DNA of 60,000 nt from Amphiscolops sp. MND2022 (taxonomy: Eukaryota). The translations under genes were made by a program, and so were the position numbers. The DNA lies in contig OZ076409.1 of NCBI GenBank assembly GCA_964187785.1, positions 21,516,001-21,576,000 on the forward strand, in the 5' to 3' direction. This document shows positions 13,501 to 25,960 of the stretch, piece after piece. The first letter of the stretch is position 1, and the number at the start of each line of letters is the position of its first letter. The notes under the pieces are model-generated. The model was not told where the DNA came from, did no database searches, and saw only the letters and a program-made list of their open reading frames with translations.

Positions 13501-16500
13501 GGAAGCAACTTTGTTCTTTCCGATGTATTTCGAAGTTTCTCAAGTTTCTTCAAGGCGAAAATGTGAATAATGTTCCAGATGGTTTCCAAAACGGGGCAGA
13601 CATTCACGCACACATTTGAGTTCAGCAGCGAACGACAGTTGACTTCGATTGAAAGCAGTTCGGGAGTTGATTCGCTTTTCTTCGGGAAGTACGACAAGAA
13701 CTCCTTGTTCATTGACGACACTTTGTACGCCCTTGACACTGACAAAAGCCAAATTCAGGTGAGAACTTTTCAGTCTGAGGGAAGCAAAAAACCCCGAGCT
13801 ACAAAAATATGAGCGCATAGGTTGATGTGTTTATTTAAAAATGTTTTCGATTACACTCGAAACATGTAAGTTTACAAAAGTAACTTTTGCAGAAGTTCGT
13901 TTTTGATTCATCTGAAATTGAACAAATTTCGAAGTGAAGGTTATACTTGATGCGGTTAAAGTAATCTTGACCGATTAACCGGAACAAAAATTGGAATTGG
14001 ACTGTATAGGTAATAGTTTAAGTTTTTAATTAAATTTTCACGCGTCAAGCATCTTCATTTCAGAAGTTGACTTCGTCAAAAAATCACCCCTAATAATAAT
14101 GATGAGTTATTTCATGCTTTCTTCTCGTAACCAGGTGACGTTGATGGGCATGAACGATGAGAGACACACTACCCAATCTCTGTACAATTTGACATACGAA
14201 GAGTACAACAAGTTTGTTCTGTCCACCAACTCCGAGAACAACAACCAGAGACACACAGTCGTGTCTTTCTCAAACAGGTTGGGCGAGCCGACCACTTCCG
14301 TGTTTCATGTCTTCGCAGAAAGATACGCCTACAAAACTCACTTCAACTCCACTACCAAAGAAATCAAAACTTACGACGGTCTCAAACGTGTCACCACGCT
14401 CAAGTTCGATTACTACAATCGTCTCTCTGTTGTTTCATACAGAGATACCGATTTCTCCATATCTTATTCCCTCTTTTTCTCCCAGCCCAACAAGTACACA
14501 AAGCGGGTGTCTTCCAATGTAGTTGCCCAGTACTCCAGTAACCTCATGTTTTCCAACTTTACCTACAACCGAGCCAGTGGGTCCAAATGGCTGTTTGCGT
14601 CCTACTCAAAAATGAGTGGACAATTTGTTATAAACCTTCGTCAGCAATGGGGCGCCCTTATAAAACTAGAAAGCACTTATGCTCCCTTCACTCTCAAGTC
14701 TTCTACCCATTCTTCCAAGAACTACGAAACAGCTTTAACCTTCACAGACTCAGATGGGTTAGATGTAACCCATGTATTCAATAAACTAGAACAAGGCTTC
14801 AATGAGAAGTTCGGCCCAAATCGCTTCCAAGAAACAACCTTTAACTTCCATAGCCGACAAGTTCTACAATTGAAGACTTCAGATAATTCTGAAGACAGCA
14901 CATTTACGTTCAGTATCCGTTCTAATGACCAGGAAACCAAAACATACTCCTATGCTGTCGGTATCAAGTCTGTGGATCATTGTGGAAAAGTTGTGCAGGA
15001 CCCAGTCAGTGAGCAGTTTTTCTTGCGGAAAATGTGCCGAGCGACACATATAATTCACAAAAGTAAAAATAGTTACTCAATTGAGAAAACATTTTCCATC
15101 GATGGAAGGCTAGAAGCCATTGTTAAGAAATCTGGAAGCAAGGAGATACAAGTGTTGCTGAAATTCGATGACAACGGATTCATCTCTCAGCTAGGAGACA
15201 AATCATTCAAGTACAATCCTCTCGGTCAACTGATCGAAGCTAAAACCAACGATTTCGTGGCTGAATATTCCTATGACATCCAAGGACGTCTTACTGAACG
15301 TCACCTGACATCAACCAGTGGGTCTGAAACAACAGATCACGCCTTCTTCTATCTAGACAGCCAACACCCCTCTCGGATATCTCAGATTCTGGTCGGCAAC
15401 AAAGACGAGGACCCGAAAGTATACGAGATCTACTACGACTACACTGGCAAGGCGATTGTTATGAAACACAAGGAAACGACTTACCTCATTGCCAACACCC
15501 CAGTGGGTACTGCCAAGAGTTTATACCTGCTGGACAAAGTGGACCAAAAAGTTACTGAAACCGGGTTCCCAGACGGCGTCAAGCTGAGCCTGAAGGGAAG
15601 CTGGTTGGATGAGAGCTTTGGTCTGGTGTATCTTAACCACAGATTCTTTCACCTTGAAACCTACACTTACCTCGATCTGGATCTTGGCTTCCTTCAAGAG
15701 GCATTCTCCTCGCCCTTCCAAACTAAATTCACTACGTATCTCAACGACCACGATTCCTTCTGGCCCGAAGCGAAGCTCTCTGATATTGGTAAGAAATTAT
15801 TGCACTGAAATTTTTTAACTATGGGGTATTGCTATCATAGCAACTAGAGAGAATATTGTTTCCCCAAGTCCCATCTGTTTTGGTACTAATTGGTCTGAAT
15901 CATAGTGCACATTTAAAGTTGATTGAGAAAGGCATATAATTTTTCCTTGTCGATTCCATTTTCCCGTCCGTAGTTCATTCATATCAAGTATTTCTAGCAG
16001 CATTGTTTCGATATATACCAACATTGAAGATTCATGTAAGAGTAAAGAAACTTAAAAAGGTCTGTGCTTCCGAATTGCTTTCTTACAATCTGTTCGGGAA
16101 AATGAAAAAATATATAAATGTAGTTCAAACAGATTGTGAACCTTCTTTTAAAAAAGTCTTCAATATTCAAAAATACACTAAAAATTCGCGTATTTTTCCA
16201 GTGTTGTACGCGAGGACTAAAATAGCCTGAATGCGGGGCTACAATAAAATATTGACATAACGAACATCATTGATGAAATATTTATTTCACTTTAAGTATG
16301 TTCAGACGAAGTTCTCACATGGTAAACAAGCAGTGCTTGTACGGTTTTCAGTTTTCAGATGAGTTGTTCCGCAATTTTGAAATAAATGTTGATGTACAGC
16401 GCGCAACGCAAGTAATTTCTTTGGCGATCTAATGTTTTATTGTTGGACATCTAGTGTTTTTATGGATTTGAGAGCTTTTTAGGGTTATTCGAACATGAAA

Positions 16501-18151
16501 TATTGATAAACCAGTCGTTGTGAATAATAATCGGCCTTCAAAATGGAAAACAAGTTGAAGCAAAAACGACAAGCAGTGAAATCAATCATTTTCTAGCATT
16601 TGATTTCGCATGCAAGATTTTTCTGTGTGTGGCAGTAATAAATTGGATTTTTCGCGTGAGATGGGCGGAGAATGAGCCGTGTTTTGCGGTGCTGCATTTT
16701 CATCGCCACCTGGTGGTCTTTGCATTGATGCCATTTTTTGCTGTTTTCCAGGAGCTTTCAAAACGTACATGCCCGAACTCTGGTTCAACAGCTCAATCCA
16801 AACAGTTGTGCAGCAAAGCGAGCGCCTGAAATGCAAGGTAAGTGAATAAATTAGAGTAATATAAAAAGCGTGCTATGCCAGTTCTTGTCTTTGCTCAATC
16901 CTAACCCAATTTCGTTTGGTAGGCCGCCACAGTAATTTAATTCTTCCCTCACTCTCATTCCTTTGCTGCATGCAACTGCATCAAAAGATTTGCTTTCATC
17001 TTGCTTAATCCCGGGTTTTTCAAAGCGGCAACAAAACCGACATTTATAGCCAACAGTAGGAGCCTCCCAAGCAGACTACTACTGTACATGTAAAGCTGCC
17101 TGCCAGTGGAGCAAAAATATATGGAACACAGATTTAGGAAATGGAAAACAAATCAGTTTGAGCAGAATTGTTTGGAAATAATGAAAGTGGCGCGACATTT
17201 TGGGTACTAGGCTTTTTTCATCTGCAAAGAGAAATATCAGCAAAAAATTGAAGTGGGATCTGCCGACCACACATGAAGATGTAGTTCATGTTTGAATTTT
17301 TTCAATTGAAAACCAATTACGGCTTGGACACAAAGGTCTGTGCATTTTAGTTTGTCGTACTTATATTTATGGCACTTTGAAGAACATACATATTTTAAAT
17401 CTTTGGAGAGTTAATGGAGAAGCGACTTCACGATATGACGTAATTTCGTTTATGCCACAAAATATAGAACGTTTTATGTCACATTCAAGCTATGGCGAAG
17501 CAATGTAAGAAGGTCGACCCAAAAGGGCGCCGCCTGCAAAAAAGTGTGCTTTTAACACGATAAGAGCCTTCAGTTATCTTGCATTAGTTTTTTTCAAATT
17601 ATTATAAACGTAGTATGTTTTTTTCTCTAAAGTGATGCTAAGTCTGCTGCTCTTTTTTTCCTTCCGAGCAACAACCTTGTGTCGTTTCTATGAACAAAAG
17701 ATGAAAAAACTCAAAGCCATTTCCATTATTGATTTCGATCACGTGTTCGAAGCATGCATCTACCAACCCTCGAAAAAAAATCATTGACGAAGTTTAAATT
17801 TGCTACTTTTTTGCGAAATTTACCAAACATTCAATCATGCGGGTTCTGGATGTCTCGCATGCAAATGAATTGTTTTGAATACCCAATTCCGAAATCTCAA
17901 ACCTGGTTGTTCACGTGTTGATGTTTCTTCTTTTTTTTCAGCCGGGCACTGTGCAAACTATCCCCTCGCTCTCTGGATTTTCTACCCTGTTCGACAACCT
18001 TGTGCAGACCCCCCTGAACCCCAACCTGCCCTCAATCCAGCCCCCGCACTTCGTGGAACCTCTCAAGTCATCACTCTCTGCAATCCTCCACAACCGGCTT
18101 ATCCTGCCTCCTTTCAACCGAGTTTTATATTCCACAAACGTCGTCCATTAA
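4524..18151 (+). CDS. TENM: Divergent teneurin (Ten-m/Odz family) type II membrane protein, spliced, ~2165 aa
   Basis: Phase-compatible GT-AG exons: join(4524-4753,5391-5656,6420-6479,6563-7264,7631-8583,8788-9592,10644-10798,11286-12150,12478-12809,13579-13758,14135-15788,16752-16837,17942-18151). Teneurin domain order is present: Pro-rich intracellular part, YCINWKC + TM helix, EGF repeats, Cys-rich segment, VVRGQIV..GWFDFLV, WNKTDVYGNKVYGL, NHL repeats (SPKGLTVLNNGTVVFVDG; HNPTDDTLILFD), YD repeats (YNPLGQL, YSYDIQGRL, YYDYTG). The first exon has an acceptor at 4507, so the gene may extend upstream. Confidence 0.9.
5391..5656 (+). CDS. TENM: Teneurin exon: Pro-rich intracellular segment and transmembrane helix
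   Basis: YQPLAPFQENPHLPLPPG...NYCINWKCIITLCCILALLIIGLLFLL; the CxWKC motif before the TM helix is typical of teneurins; AG 5389-90, GT 5657. Confidence 0.85.
5697..5837. mobile_element. Tc1/mariner-type MITE
   Basis: TIRs CCGTATTTCTTCGA / TCGAAGAAATACGG flanked by TA on both sides. Confidence 0.75.
6563..7264 (+). CDS. TENM: Teneurin exon: juxtamembrane domain and EGF repeats 1-3
   Basis: YLSNGKWYIRVFNDG followed by CPADC...C repeats; AG 6561-62, GTAAGT at 7265. Confidence 0.9.
7631..8583 (+). CDS. TENM: Teneurin exon: EGF repeats 4-6, Cys-rich region, Ig/TTR-like domain
   Basis: Three 6-Cys EGF repeats, then VVRGQIVHG...HSGWFDFLV; phase 1 in, phase 0 out, matching neighbouring exons. Confidence 0.9.
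8788..9592 (+). CDS. TENM: Teneurin exon: FN-plug and start of NHL propeller
   Basis: VAGLVF...WNKTDVYGNKVYGL, LYSGKG, PNGDILIGD, YFIAADPSS. Confidence 0.9.
10108..10343. repeat. MITE-like palindromic repeat with multiple AGTTAGTCA/TGACTAAC motifs
   Basis: GTAAGTTAGTCAA near the left end, TTGACTAACTTAC near the right end, and internal copies in both orientations; no TSD resolved. Confidence 0.5.
11042..11200. mobile_element. hAT-like MITE
   Basis: TIR CAGAGTTGGAA/TTCCAACTCTG, GGGCC subterminal repeats, 8-bp TSD TGCAAACA/TGCAAACG. Confidence 0.75.
11286..12150 (+). CDS. TENM: Teneurin exon: NHL repeats and start of YD shell
   Basis: HNPTDDTLILFD, VTVGSNGDIFLAD; AG 11284-85, GT 12151. Confidence 0.85.
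14135..15788 (+). CDS. TENM: Teneurin exon: YD-repeat shell / Rhs-core-like region
   Basis: FDDNGF, FKYNPLGQL, YSYDIQGRL, FFYLDSQHPSRISQI, YYDYTG, YLIANTPVGT; AG 14133-34, GTAAG 15789. Confidence 0.9.
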
Positions 18152-19359
18152 CCTGCGCACGCAGTCTTTTTCTCTTCTTTTTCTTCGTTTGGGGCCTTAA
18201 AACTTGCCAATCGCCTTGCAGATTTCAATCGGTGCTATTTTATAACTTTGGAATCAAAACAAGAAAAACACGACTAAAAAGCAAACAAGAATCCAACAAT
18301 TTGACATGAATTTTGTTTTACAAATTCGAGCATAAGAGTATGTTGTTTTGAATATGCAAACATTAAAAACAAAACGACGAACTGCTACGTCTCAAACCTT
18401 TTCTTTGAAGCTGTGCTTTAATTTTGTATGCATCAATTCTCCATTTCACAATGTGTTCTTTTTTAGTTTCAGTTAATTTATGTTGTATGCTAGTTTTTAT
18501 ACTGATAATTGATTATGAATTTATCAGTGAAATCACCTTTTCGTTTCAAGTGAAGCTGACTTCTTATGTAGCCATTCGAAGCTGCAAAACATTTTTTCAA
18601 CAAACTAAAGCTTTGTGAATTACGTAACTATTGACTCGCTGGCTCAAACATAAGCCAAGCGTACTCTAAGCCTGAAAATATGATGAAATAAAATAATGTT
18701 CTATGAGAAGTAGGCACACGCAAAGCATTTCCCCTTTTTGAAAAATCTAAATAGGTTTTTCGTTTTTTCAATCCCCTTTTCACTTCTGAGCGAACTAAGA
18801 AATATTCATTACAAGATAACAAGCACTTGGGATAAAACGAAGTCAATCATTTTTTGTCATCAATTCCTGCATTTTGTTTTTCTGTCATTTCCCGCCGAAA
18901 AATTGACTTTGGCGAAGTACACCTTGGTCGAAACTCAGACTTTTTGAGCACTGCATGTGTGCCCTGCAATGAAAATTCTTATGGGTTCTTTGCAGTTGTC
19001 TGATCATCCAACACCAGCAAATACAAAAAGTATGACAAAAAAGTACCGGAAAACTTGGAATTAAACATTCAAAAATGCCGAATCGGTCGCAACCTGCAAA
19101 AAAAGTTTTCGTATAAAGGGAACTGAAGTCTTTTCATTGGTGGCTTGGACGCACTCTAATAGTGCGACATGAATTATCGTACTTGACAAAACCAACGACA
19201 CAATACGGTTATGACGTTGAATACGGCAAGTCTTTTGAGGAAAGTTTCTTAACTATGTATATACGTTTAAGTCACCGTCATCTAGAAGAACCACAGTTTA
19301 ATGGCACCAACATTGCTCTCACCGATAGTCGAAAAGCAAAACATCGAGACCGATTGTTG

Positions 19360-20200
19360 ATTGAATTTTTGTCCAGTAGTCTTTCAGAAAGGGATAATTG
19401 CAGTTTTCGTACTGAAAAGTATCTCAAATCGGCATCAAAAACAACAAAAAGCCCAGAAGTTTTTGATTTTCATGGTTTTGTATGTAAGTTTGATCAAATT
19501 TTTGACAAACTTCGTGGGCTAGAAAGTTGAAAAGATCAACAATGAAGAATTTGTTGTCCAGTAGGCTTAGTGAAGAGAAAATTTCAGCTTTTCAATCGAA
19601 AAAACTCTACAATTGACACCGAAGAATATCAAAAGTTCCTAATTTCACAATTTTTGTTCAAATTTTGTCATATTATCGATAGACTTCATAGACTAGAATA
19701 TAAAAACTGTTAAACAAGGGAAGAATTCGTTGTCTATTAGGAATTAGCCAGGAGATAAAAACAGTTAGTGATACAAAAATGCCGCAAATTGAACCAGAAA
19801 ATGTGAAAAAATCCAACACTGTGAAGTTTTTTGTTGTTTTTCATGCTTATTCCGCACAAGTTTCAATAGAATTCATAAAAGTTCCCAAACAAATGAAAAA
19901 AAACTAGTTGTGGGGATGGCCTGTTTGAAGACATCCTTGCAGAGGTTTGCTTCAAGACTTGAGAATGTCTCCAAGTCGGACGAAATTTCGAAAATTTCAA
20001 ACATCTTCACGTGTTCATCCAACTTATCAATAATGTGTACTTTCTAAAATGTTTTGGAGTCAAAATATTGTAATTTCATCAACGATTGATTGCGTTATCC
20101 AGTAGGCTTCTTTGAAGACATGCAAACTTGTCAAAACGGACAACAACGAGTCGAAAATGTCAAAAACGTTGCCAATTTTTTACAAAGTCAGCGATTTTTA
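19360..20200. repeat. Degenerate ~180 bp tandem repeat (about 5 units)
   Basis: GTCCAGTAG-like anchor at 19371, 19556, 19732, 19909, 20097; ACTTC...CTAGAA at ~19509 and ~19683; TTTGAAGACAT at ~19925 and ~20111. Confidence 0.5.
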
Positions 20201-22419
20201 AATTGAAATTAAAAACTTTTGGAAGATAAAAGCTGCGGAAAAGAACAGGTTTTATAACTAGGTTCGAAAGGAGTTATTTGAACTTTTTTGACAGAAAATT
20301 ATGTCAGAATGACGCAAAAGTTATTTGAACATTTTTGCAGTTCTTTGTTTACGTTTTTAATAGTTTCCTTGCATAGAATGATTTAAAAAACATAACAAAT
20401 TTTGCCAGTACCCAGTGGGAGTGTTGAAGACATAATTACGTTTTCTTGTTGCAATTGACTTCGAAAACACCCCAAAATCCAGAAGCACGTTTTTTGACGA
20501 CTTAATCCCAAAATTTTGTTCAACACACGAAAGCTTTTGAAGAAAAGACCTTCAATTGACCTGAACGTTGAAACAAAAGGGTATTCGAAGCGCAAAGTGG
20601 GAAAAAAAGTGAGATAAAGTTTTTAGAATTTGACAATGAGGAAGTCGAAAATTGCGAATTTTCTCAATTTTCGACAAAATGGTCCCATTTTTGGACCCTT
20701 TCCGATTGTTTCAAATACTTAGGAAATCAGAAGGCTCATGATTAAAACAGGAAGCCACCGGTATTGTTCCCAAGACATGGGACAAATTTATTTGCGACGG
20801 TTCCAAAAAACCTAACTGGAAAAGATTTAGTTCTTTTTTGACACTATTTGTCAATTACTTAATATTCAATTAGCTCCAGTAAAAACACCAGCGATGAAGT
20901 ACGTCTTCCAAACAAAAATGTTTTTGCAATGGCACTTGTGCGAACATCTCAGTTGACCGTGTAATGGCTACTATTCTTTTCCGCGGCGCATTATCCATCA
21001 ACGTCAAATTGGATTTTGGTTCTCCTGTAGAATTGCAGTAGGGCATTTCGTCTGTGCTGATTTCCAATTCTGCCGACCGTTTGGTGTTGTTTGTTGGGGG
21101 GAAGTGATTCTATGGGTTGAAAACGATCCTTTGTGTCGTTTGGAGTGTGGTCGCGTTTTTGACTTCTGGGGACTTATGAAAAAACTCCTATGAGTCATCA
21201 TACTATTAAATATTTACGTAATCACTGCAAGTCACCTCAACGCATTACATTGTTGCCCCTCAGTCTAACATCTTGAATGACTAAGTTCGACGTAAAATAT
21301 AATGTGTCATTCATAACGGAGAAAAAAGTGACTAAATTGGAATCGATTTTTTTTCTGACATCCAGTGTGGGTAGGTTACAGAGGTCCCCCAATTCAGAGT
21401 GTTGAGTTATATCATGCGAATGAAACTCTATACTGAAACAGTAGGACAAAACCTTTGCCTTGAGGAGGTTGGTGTTTTCCTACACACTTGAAATGAAACC
21501 ATTGTATGGCACAATCAGGACCATCGCAGCCGATCATTTTGGCGTGAAAAGGTCCCTTTCAACTACAAAAGGTCCCACTGTCTTCTCGAATTGTTGGCAA
21601 AGTTGGTTTCATCATAATGGGCTCCGATGGATTGTAACGGCAAGCTGTTATCGGTCGCTTAACACGTTAACAGAGGTGAAGGAACCTGCAGAAATGGGTA
21701 AATCGCTCGGGACGGGGGCCCATTGCCACAGATTCATTTTGCCTCCAGGGGTGAAATACGTCCCGAGGCCGTGGGTGCTTCGACGAACACTGTCCAACCG
21801 GTCCTAGTGTTTGATTGCTAATAGTAACGTGCATCTTCCTGACTCTCTAAAAACCACCGTTTAACTAGCCTTTAAAAACAATGCCAAGAATGAGGTAAAT
21901 TTCCAATTTCAGGGTGACATGGGTACTAAGTTCTAAAGGGGGGAATAAAACGTCTAGAATGCCAAAACTAGCGCTTCCGCTAGTTAAAATCAATGAAATA
22001 CATGAAAACAGGCACGGATATGACTAAACACACAGCTTCAAGCTGAGTCGTAGGGTCTTCAAGCACCAAACAAAGACAACTAGGCAACAGGAGTCATTTT
22101 ACCGGTTTCCTCTACTTAAGGTAGCATAATGCTAAATTCAAAGAAAATCAGGGTTAGCACCCGTGAAAAAGTCTATTTTCAGAAGTTTTTGCGGTCTCTG
22201 GCTTCTGTTGTGGCGGCTGCCTCTATGTTTTTGATCGTTCTTGCTCTTTGTTGTCGAAGTACATCCCAATTTCGTGGAAACAGCAAAAAGAGCAATCACA
22301 TGCTCAGTGCCACGTCAGAGATCGAATTAGAATTTTTGAAAAAATTTCTGAACATGTCAAAGTTGCAAATTCGGCTGATTTTGCTGTACCAGAGTGTGGG
22401 GTGCCGTTACAGAAATTTA

Positions 22420-22738
22420 GGGTTTAACTATGTTTGAACATACATGTTTGAATACAACTACCAGTTGAAATTGTAAATGACGTCCAGAATAGGTATGTTT
22501 TTTTTCGTGCTGGGAAAGTGTCATATGGAGGGCTAAATATAAGATCACATGGTAGTGAATTCCATAATTCAGCACCTGATCCCCAGAAGCATCGTTTTCC
22601 ATAGGTATTAATGGTATTTCTGACTGTCAATTTTCGTTCTCTGGAATTTCTCAGATCGTACTGATCAAGTTGCTGATACCTGACAAGCGGTACCGACAAG
22701 TAAATAGGCACAGGCAAGTCAATATAAAGACGGTACAA
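22420..22738 (-). mobile_element. 3' fragment of CR1/L2-group LINE ORF2 (interrupted by the next LINE)
   Basis: YDLRNSRERKLTVR..TYGKRCFWGSGAELWNSLP is a typical CR1/L2 C-terminus; a matching piece RYKILCFVYRV lies on the other side of the insertion at ~25595-25630. Confidence 0.6.
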
Positions 22739-22740
22739 GT

Positions 22741-25588
22741 AGAAGAAGAAGATATCAATTAACCATCGGGATATGGCGGTACAAATGACCTTCTATCATT
22801 GATTCCAGGACAAAGAAAATAGTATAATAGAATTGACACAGAAGGAAGGCAAGTGCGGATTGCAGGGTTATAAGAATTAATCGATGCTTGCAATTAAGCC
22901 AGCCAACGCGCTTATAACATGCTTGTTTTTACAATTTAGCAAACTAACTCGCGTTTTGTCAAATTTTTGATTTTTAGGCTCCTTAATGAATATCCTTCGG
23001 TGTTCTTGGTATGAGACACAGGAAAATAAGGAATGTGCAGTATCATCGACAACTCTACAAAAGGGACAAATATTGGTTTTGCTCTTATGACTTCTGAATA
23101 ATACTTCGCGTACTTCAAAATCATTCATTAGAACACGTAGCGTTTTGACAGAAGTTTTCCTAGGATATGGTGCTAGCATTTTCATGTTGCTGTTTTTTAC
23201 TTTTAGCCCTGAGTAATTTGAGTACATAAGACATTGCTTTATTTCTCGTTCCCATAAGTGCCTGCAATACTCATCCACCTCCTTCTTAAAAGTACTGACT
23301 GAGGATTGTCTAGCCAATTGTATGTATATTGCCTTAATTTTATCAGGATCACGATTTACAAAGGAAAGTTAGTGTACCAAAAATAATCTCACCATAGTAA
23401 TATGTTGGGGTATGATTGCTAAACTACCTGGGTTTAGAATATCTGCGCTTCTAGCAGTTGAATGTAAAAACATTAAAACTTGACTAGTGTAGAGTAGAGA
23501 AGGAGGCCAAATATTACCTAAAACACTAACTAGGTGTTTTGATACTAGGTAGTTTCTTATCCCAAAAGTAGATTTTTGAACACTCCACCACATCTTGTTC
23601 AGAGATGTCATATTTTGATGAAACCAAATGGTCATACAGTATGTGACACGTGGTTTCACATCTGAATCAAGGATACGTACAGCGTAAAATGGATTTTATC
23701 TTTGCGTTATAATCATACTAGTTTCTTTCCAGAAATTAACCATTGAGGCAGAGATAGTGGAAGCATGTGTTTTGAAACTCAAATCTCGTTCAAGCCATAG
23801 GCCAATTATTTTACTTCTCTCAACAAGTTTATAGTTGGACTGGAATACTTCTTTTGAGGCATTTATATGTTCAGTTTTGTCTTTATTCAGCGTCTGCGTC
23901 CATTTGTATGTATAGTTTTCCGCCTTTTCTAAAGATGTGCTCAAGTTTTCTTTGCTTGAAAACGAAGTACTGTCATCTGCATACTTATATGTTAAGTCCG
24001 CTTCTTGGAGGAAGCCTTCATATAGAATATAAACAAAAGTGGTGACTGTACAGCCCCCCCGAGGTAAACCATTAGGAGGGACAAATGACATTTCGATATA
24101 ATCATTGACTTGCATACTGACTTTCCGATTCGATAAAAAAGATTTAAAGTAGCTAATATTGGACCATTTAGGCCACTGTTTTTTAGCTTGCTTAGCAATA
24201 AAGTTTGACCTACGGGATCAAAAGCTTTCTCTAGATCATATACTGTTGCTATTGGTAAGTTGTTCATTGCTAAGATATCATGATAAAATTTGTATAAGTA
24301 GTGCAAAGTTGATTTGCCATGATGATTGGTGTTCATCAATTTCGAGGATATCTGATGATCTTAGTCTTCTATCTATCACTCGTTCCACTACTTTTCCTAA
24401 GTGGGGTGTAAGTGAAATAGGTCTCCATGAAGAGGGATTAGAATATTCAGTTTTGCCAGATTTTTTAAAGAATTCGACTATGGTTCTATCAAATGGCTAA
24501 ATCCCCATGAAGAATGCACTGTTTACCAAGTGCACACAAATGCTAATGGTGTTAAATTTGAATTTCTTTAATTGTTTAGTTTGAAGGCCATAAGGATCCA
24601 CGCCCTTGTTGTTTGTCTTCATTTTCTTTTTGGCTTGTATAAGTTCATCCATTGTAATACGCATGTTTAGATCATTCTTGGCCTCCTCCTTGTAATAATT
24701 TTCCGCTTTTGATATATCGGATCACTTGAATTTTTTCCGCTTTTGATATATCGGATCACTTGAATTTTTTCCTTTTTTTCGTCAGCTAAAAGATTCCCGA
24801 TGTCATCAGTGGAAGTTTCAACCGGCGCTTCTCGGATTATACCCCTGGGTGATCTGCTTTCATTCGGTGAAAAAATCTAGTATCTGTCCCGAGAAGATTC
24901 GAACACTACTTGTTTTTCACTCTAGTGCTACAACAATTTTTGTTGTTAGGCTATTGTACAATCTTCCCAAGCTTGTTGGTAAAAGTGAACCCCCGTTTGA
25001 TACCGGGGAAATGAGTATAGAGCCTCCGTTTTCGTAATACACTAGAAGAAAGAATATCATCATCTATTGTGCCAGAAATGTATAGTATTTGTTCATCAGG
25101 ATATTCACGATTATCAGTGCAAGTTTCATTTACATTAGTGGGAGGTTTTGCCGAAACTTTGGATGCATAAGAGGGTTTATTAGTTTTAAACGAGGTTACT
25201 AATCTTTTTATATCTTCGATGTCCTTCTTCATTTCTTGATTGTTAGACACACACTTGAGACGATCATCCACATTGTCCAGAAACCAACCACAGAACCACC
25301 TGCAGGCATCGATCTCTCTGATGACTTTTAATTGCTTCTTGGACAAACCCGATCATTCTTCATGAAACCATATAGAGCACATATCACACATTATTGCTAA
25401 TTGCAAATTTAGGACCTCCACATCACACGTCTTGCAAATGCTTTGCGATGCCTCGTATTTTGTTGTACATTCTGCATTGTGATTCCCCCCGTCATCCTCG
25501 GCCGATCTCTGAAATCCACTAGAGCATCTTATCGGCACACCACCAAATCTCATCTAGTAATTAAGTTTATCAAAACAAATAGGCTTAT
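22741..25588 (-). mobile_element. APE-type LINE copy A (PHD ORF1; internally deleted, decayed)
   Basis: Reverse complement of 28646-33189: PHD finger, RT motifs (DLEKAFD, YKYADD), C-terminal CPFC..H..C, (CTT)n tail; ~1.7 kb of ORF1-APE is missing at ~24700; possible TSD TACAAGTA/TACAATTA. Confidence 0.9.
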
Positions 25589-25769
25589 ACAATTACACGG
25601 TATACGAAACATAAAATTTTGTACCTAATTCTTTATTCAACAGGAAGCCAATGAAGTTCATTTAAAAGTAGGGTAAAATTAGAATTCCCTTGATGAAGAA
25701 GAAGGCAAGCGGCTCTATTCTGAACTCTTTGGAATTTTTTGATCCTGTAATCCGGAGCACCATATAACA

Positions 25770-25960
25770 AATCTAGTGCCATTTGTGCATTTTTATCAAC
25801 ATTGCTTTGTTATTACGTTCCAGAATAGAAGAAGGACCACTATAGGGTGCTTCCAATGGTCGTCTCGTACGATCTGTTCGAGCTACTTGTACGATCTAGA
25901 CATATGAGCTGGCTTTGGCTCTGGGTTCATGTAAATTTTTTTAGATGACGCAGAAAAGCA
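25770..25960 (-). mobile_element. Gypsy/Ty3 integrase C-terminal (GPY/F) relic
   Basis: Minus strand reads ARTDRTRRPLEAPYSGPSSILERNNK, resembling the GPY/F module of Gypsy integrases. Confidence 0.6.

Noticed and set aside
14099..15808. Bacterial Rhs/YD toxin gene or recent horizontal transfer
   Set aside because: It is a spliced exon in frame with EGF/NHL teneurin exons; YD repeats are a normal teneurin feature
19162..19530. 122-aa ORF as an additional teneurin exon or gene
   Set aside because: Lies after the teneurin stop, overlaps a degenerate tandem repeat and has no teneurin-like motifs
21965..21986. Hairpin AACTAGCG-CTTC-CGCTAGTT as a terminator
   Set aside because: Eukaryotic DNA; more likely the end of a non-autonomous element whose boundaries I could not define
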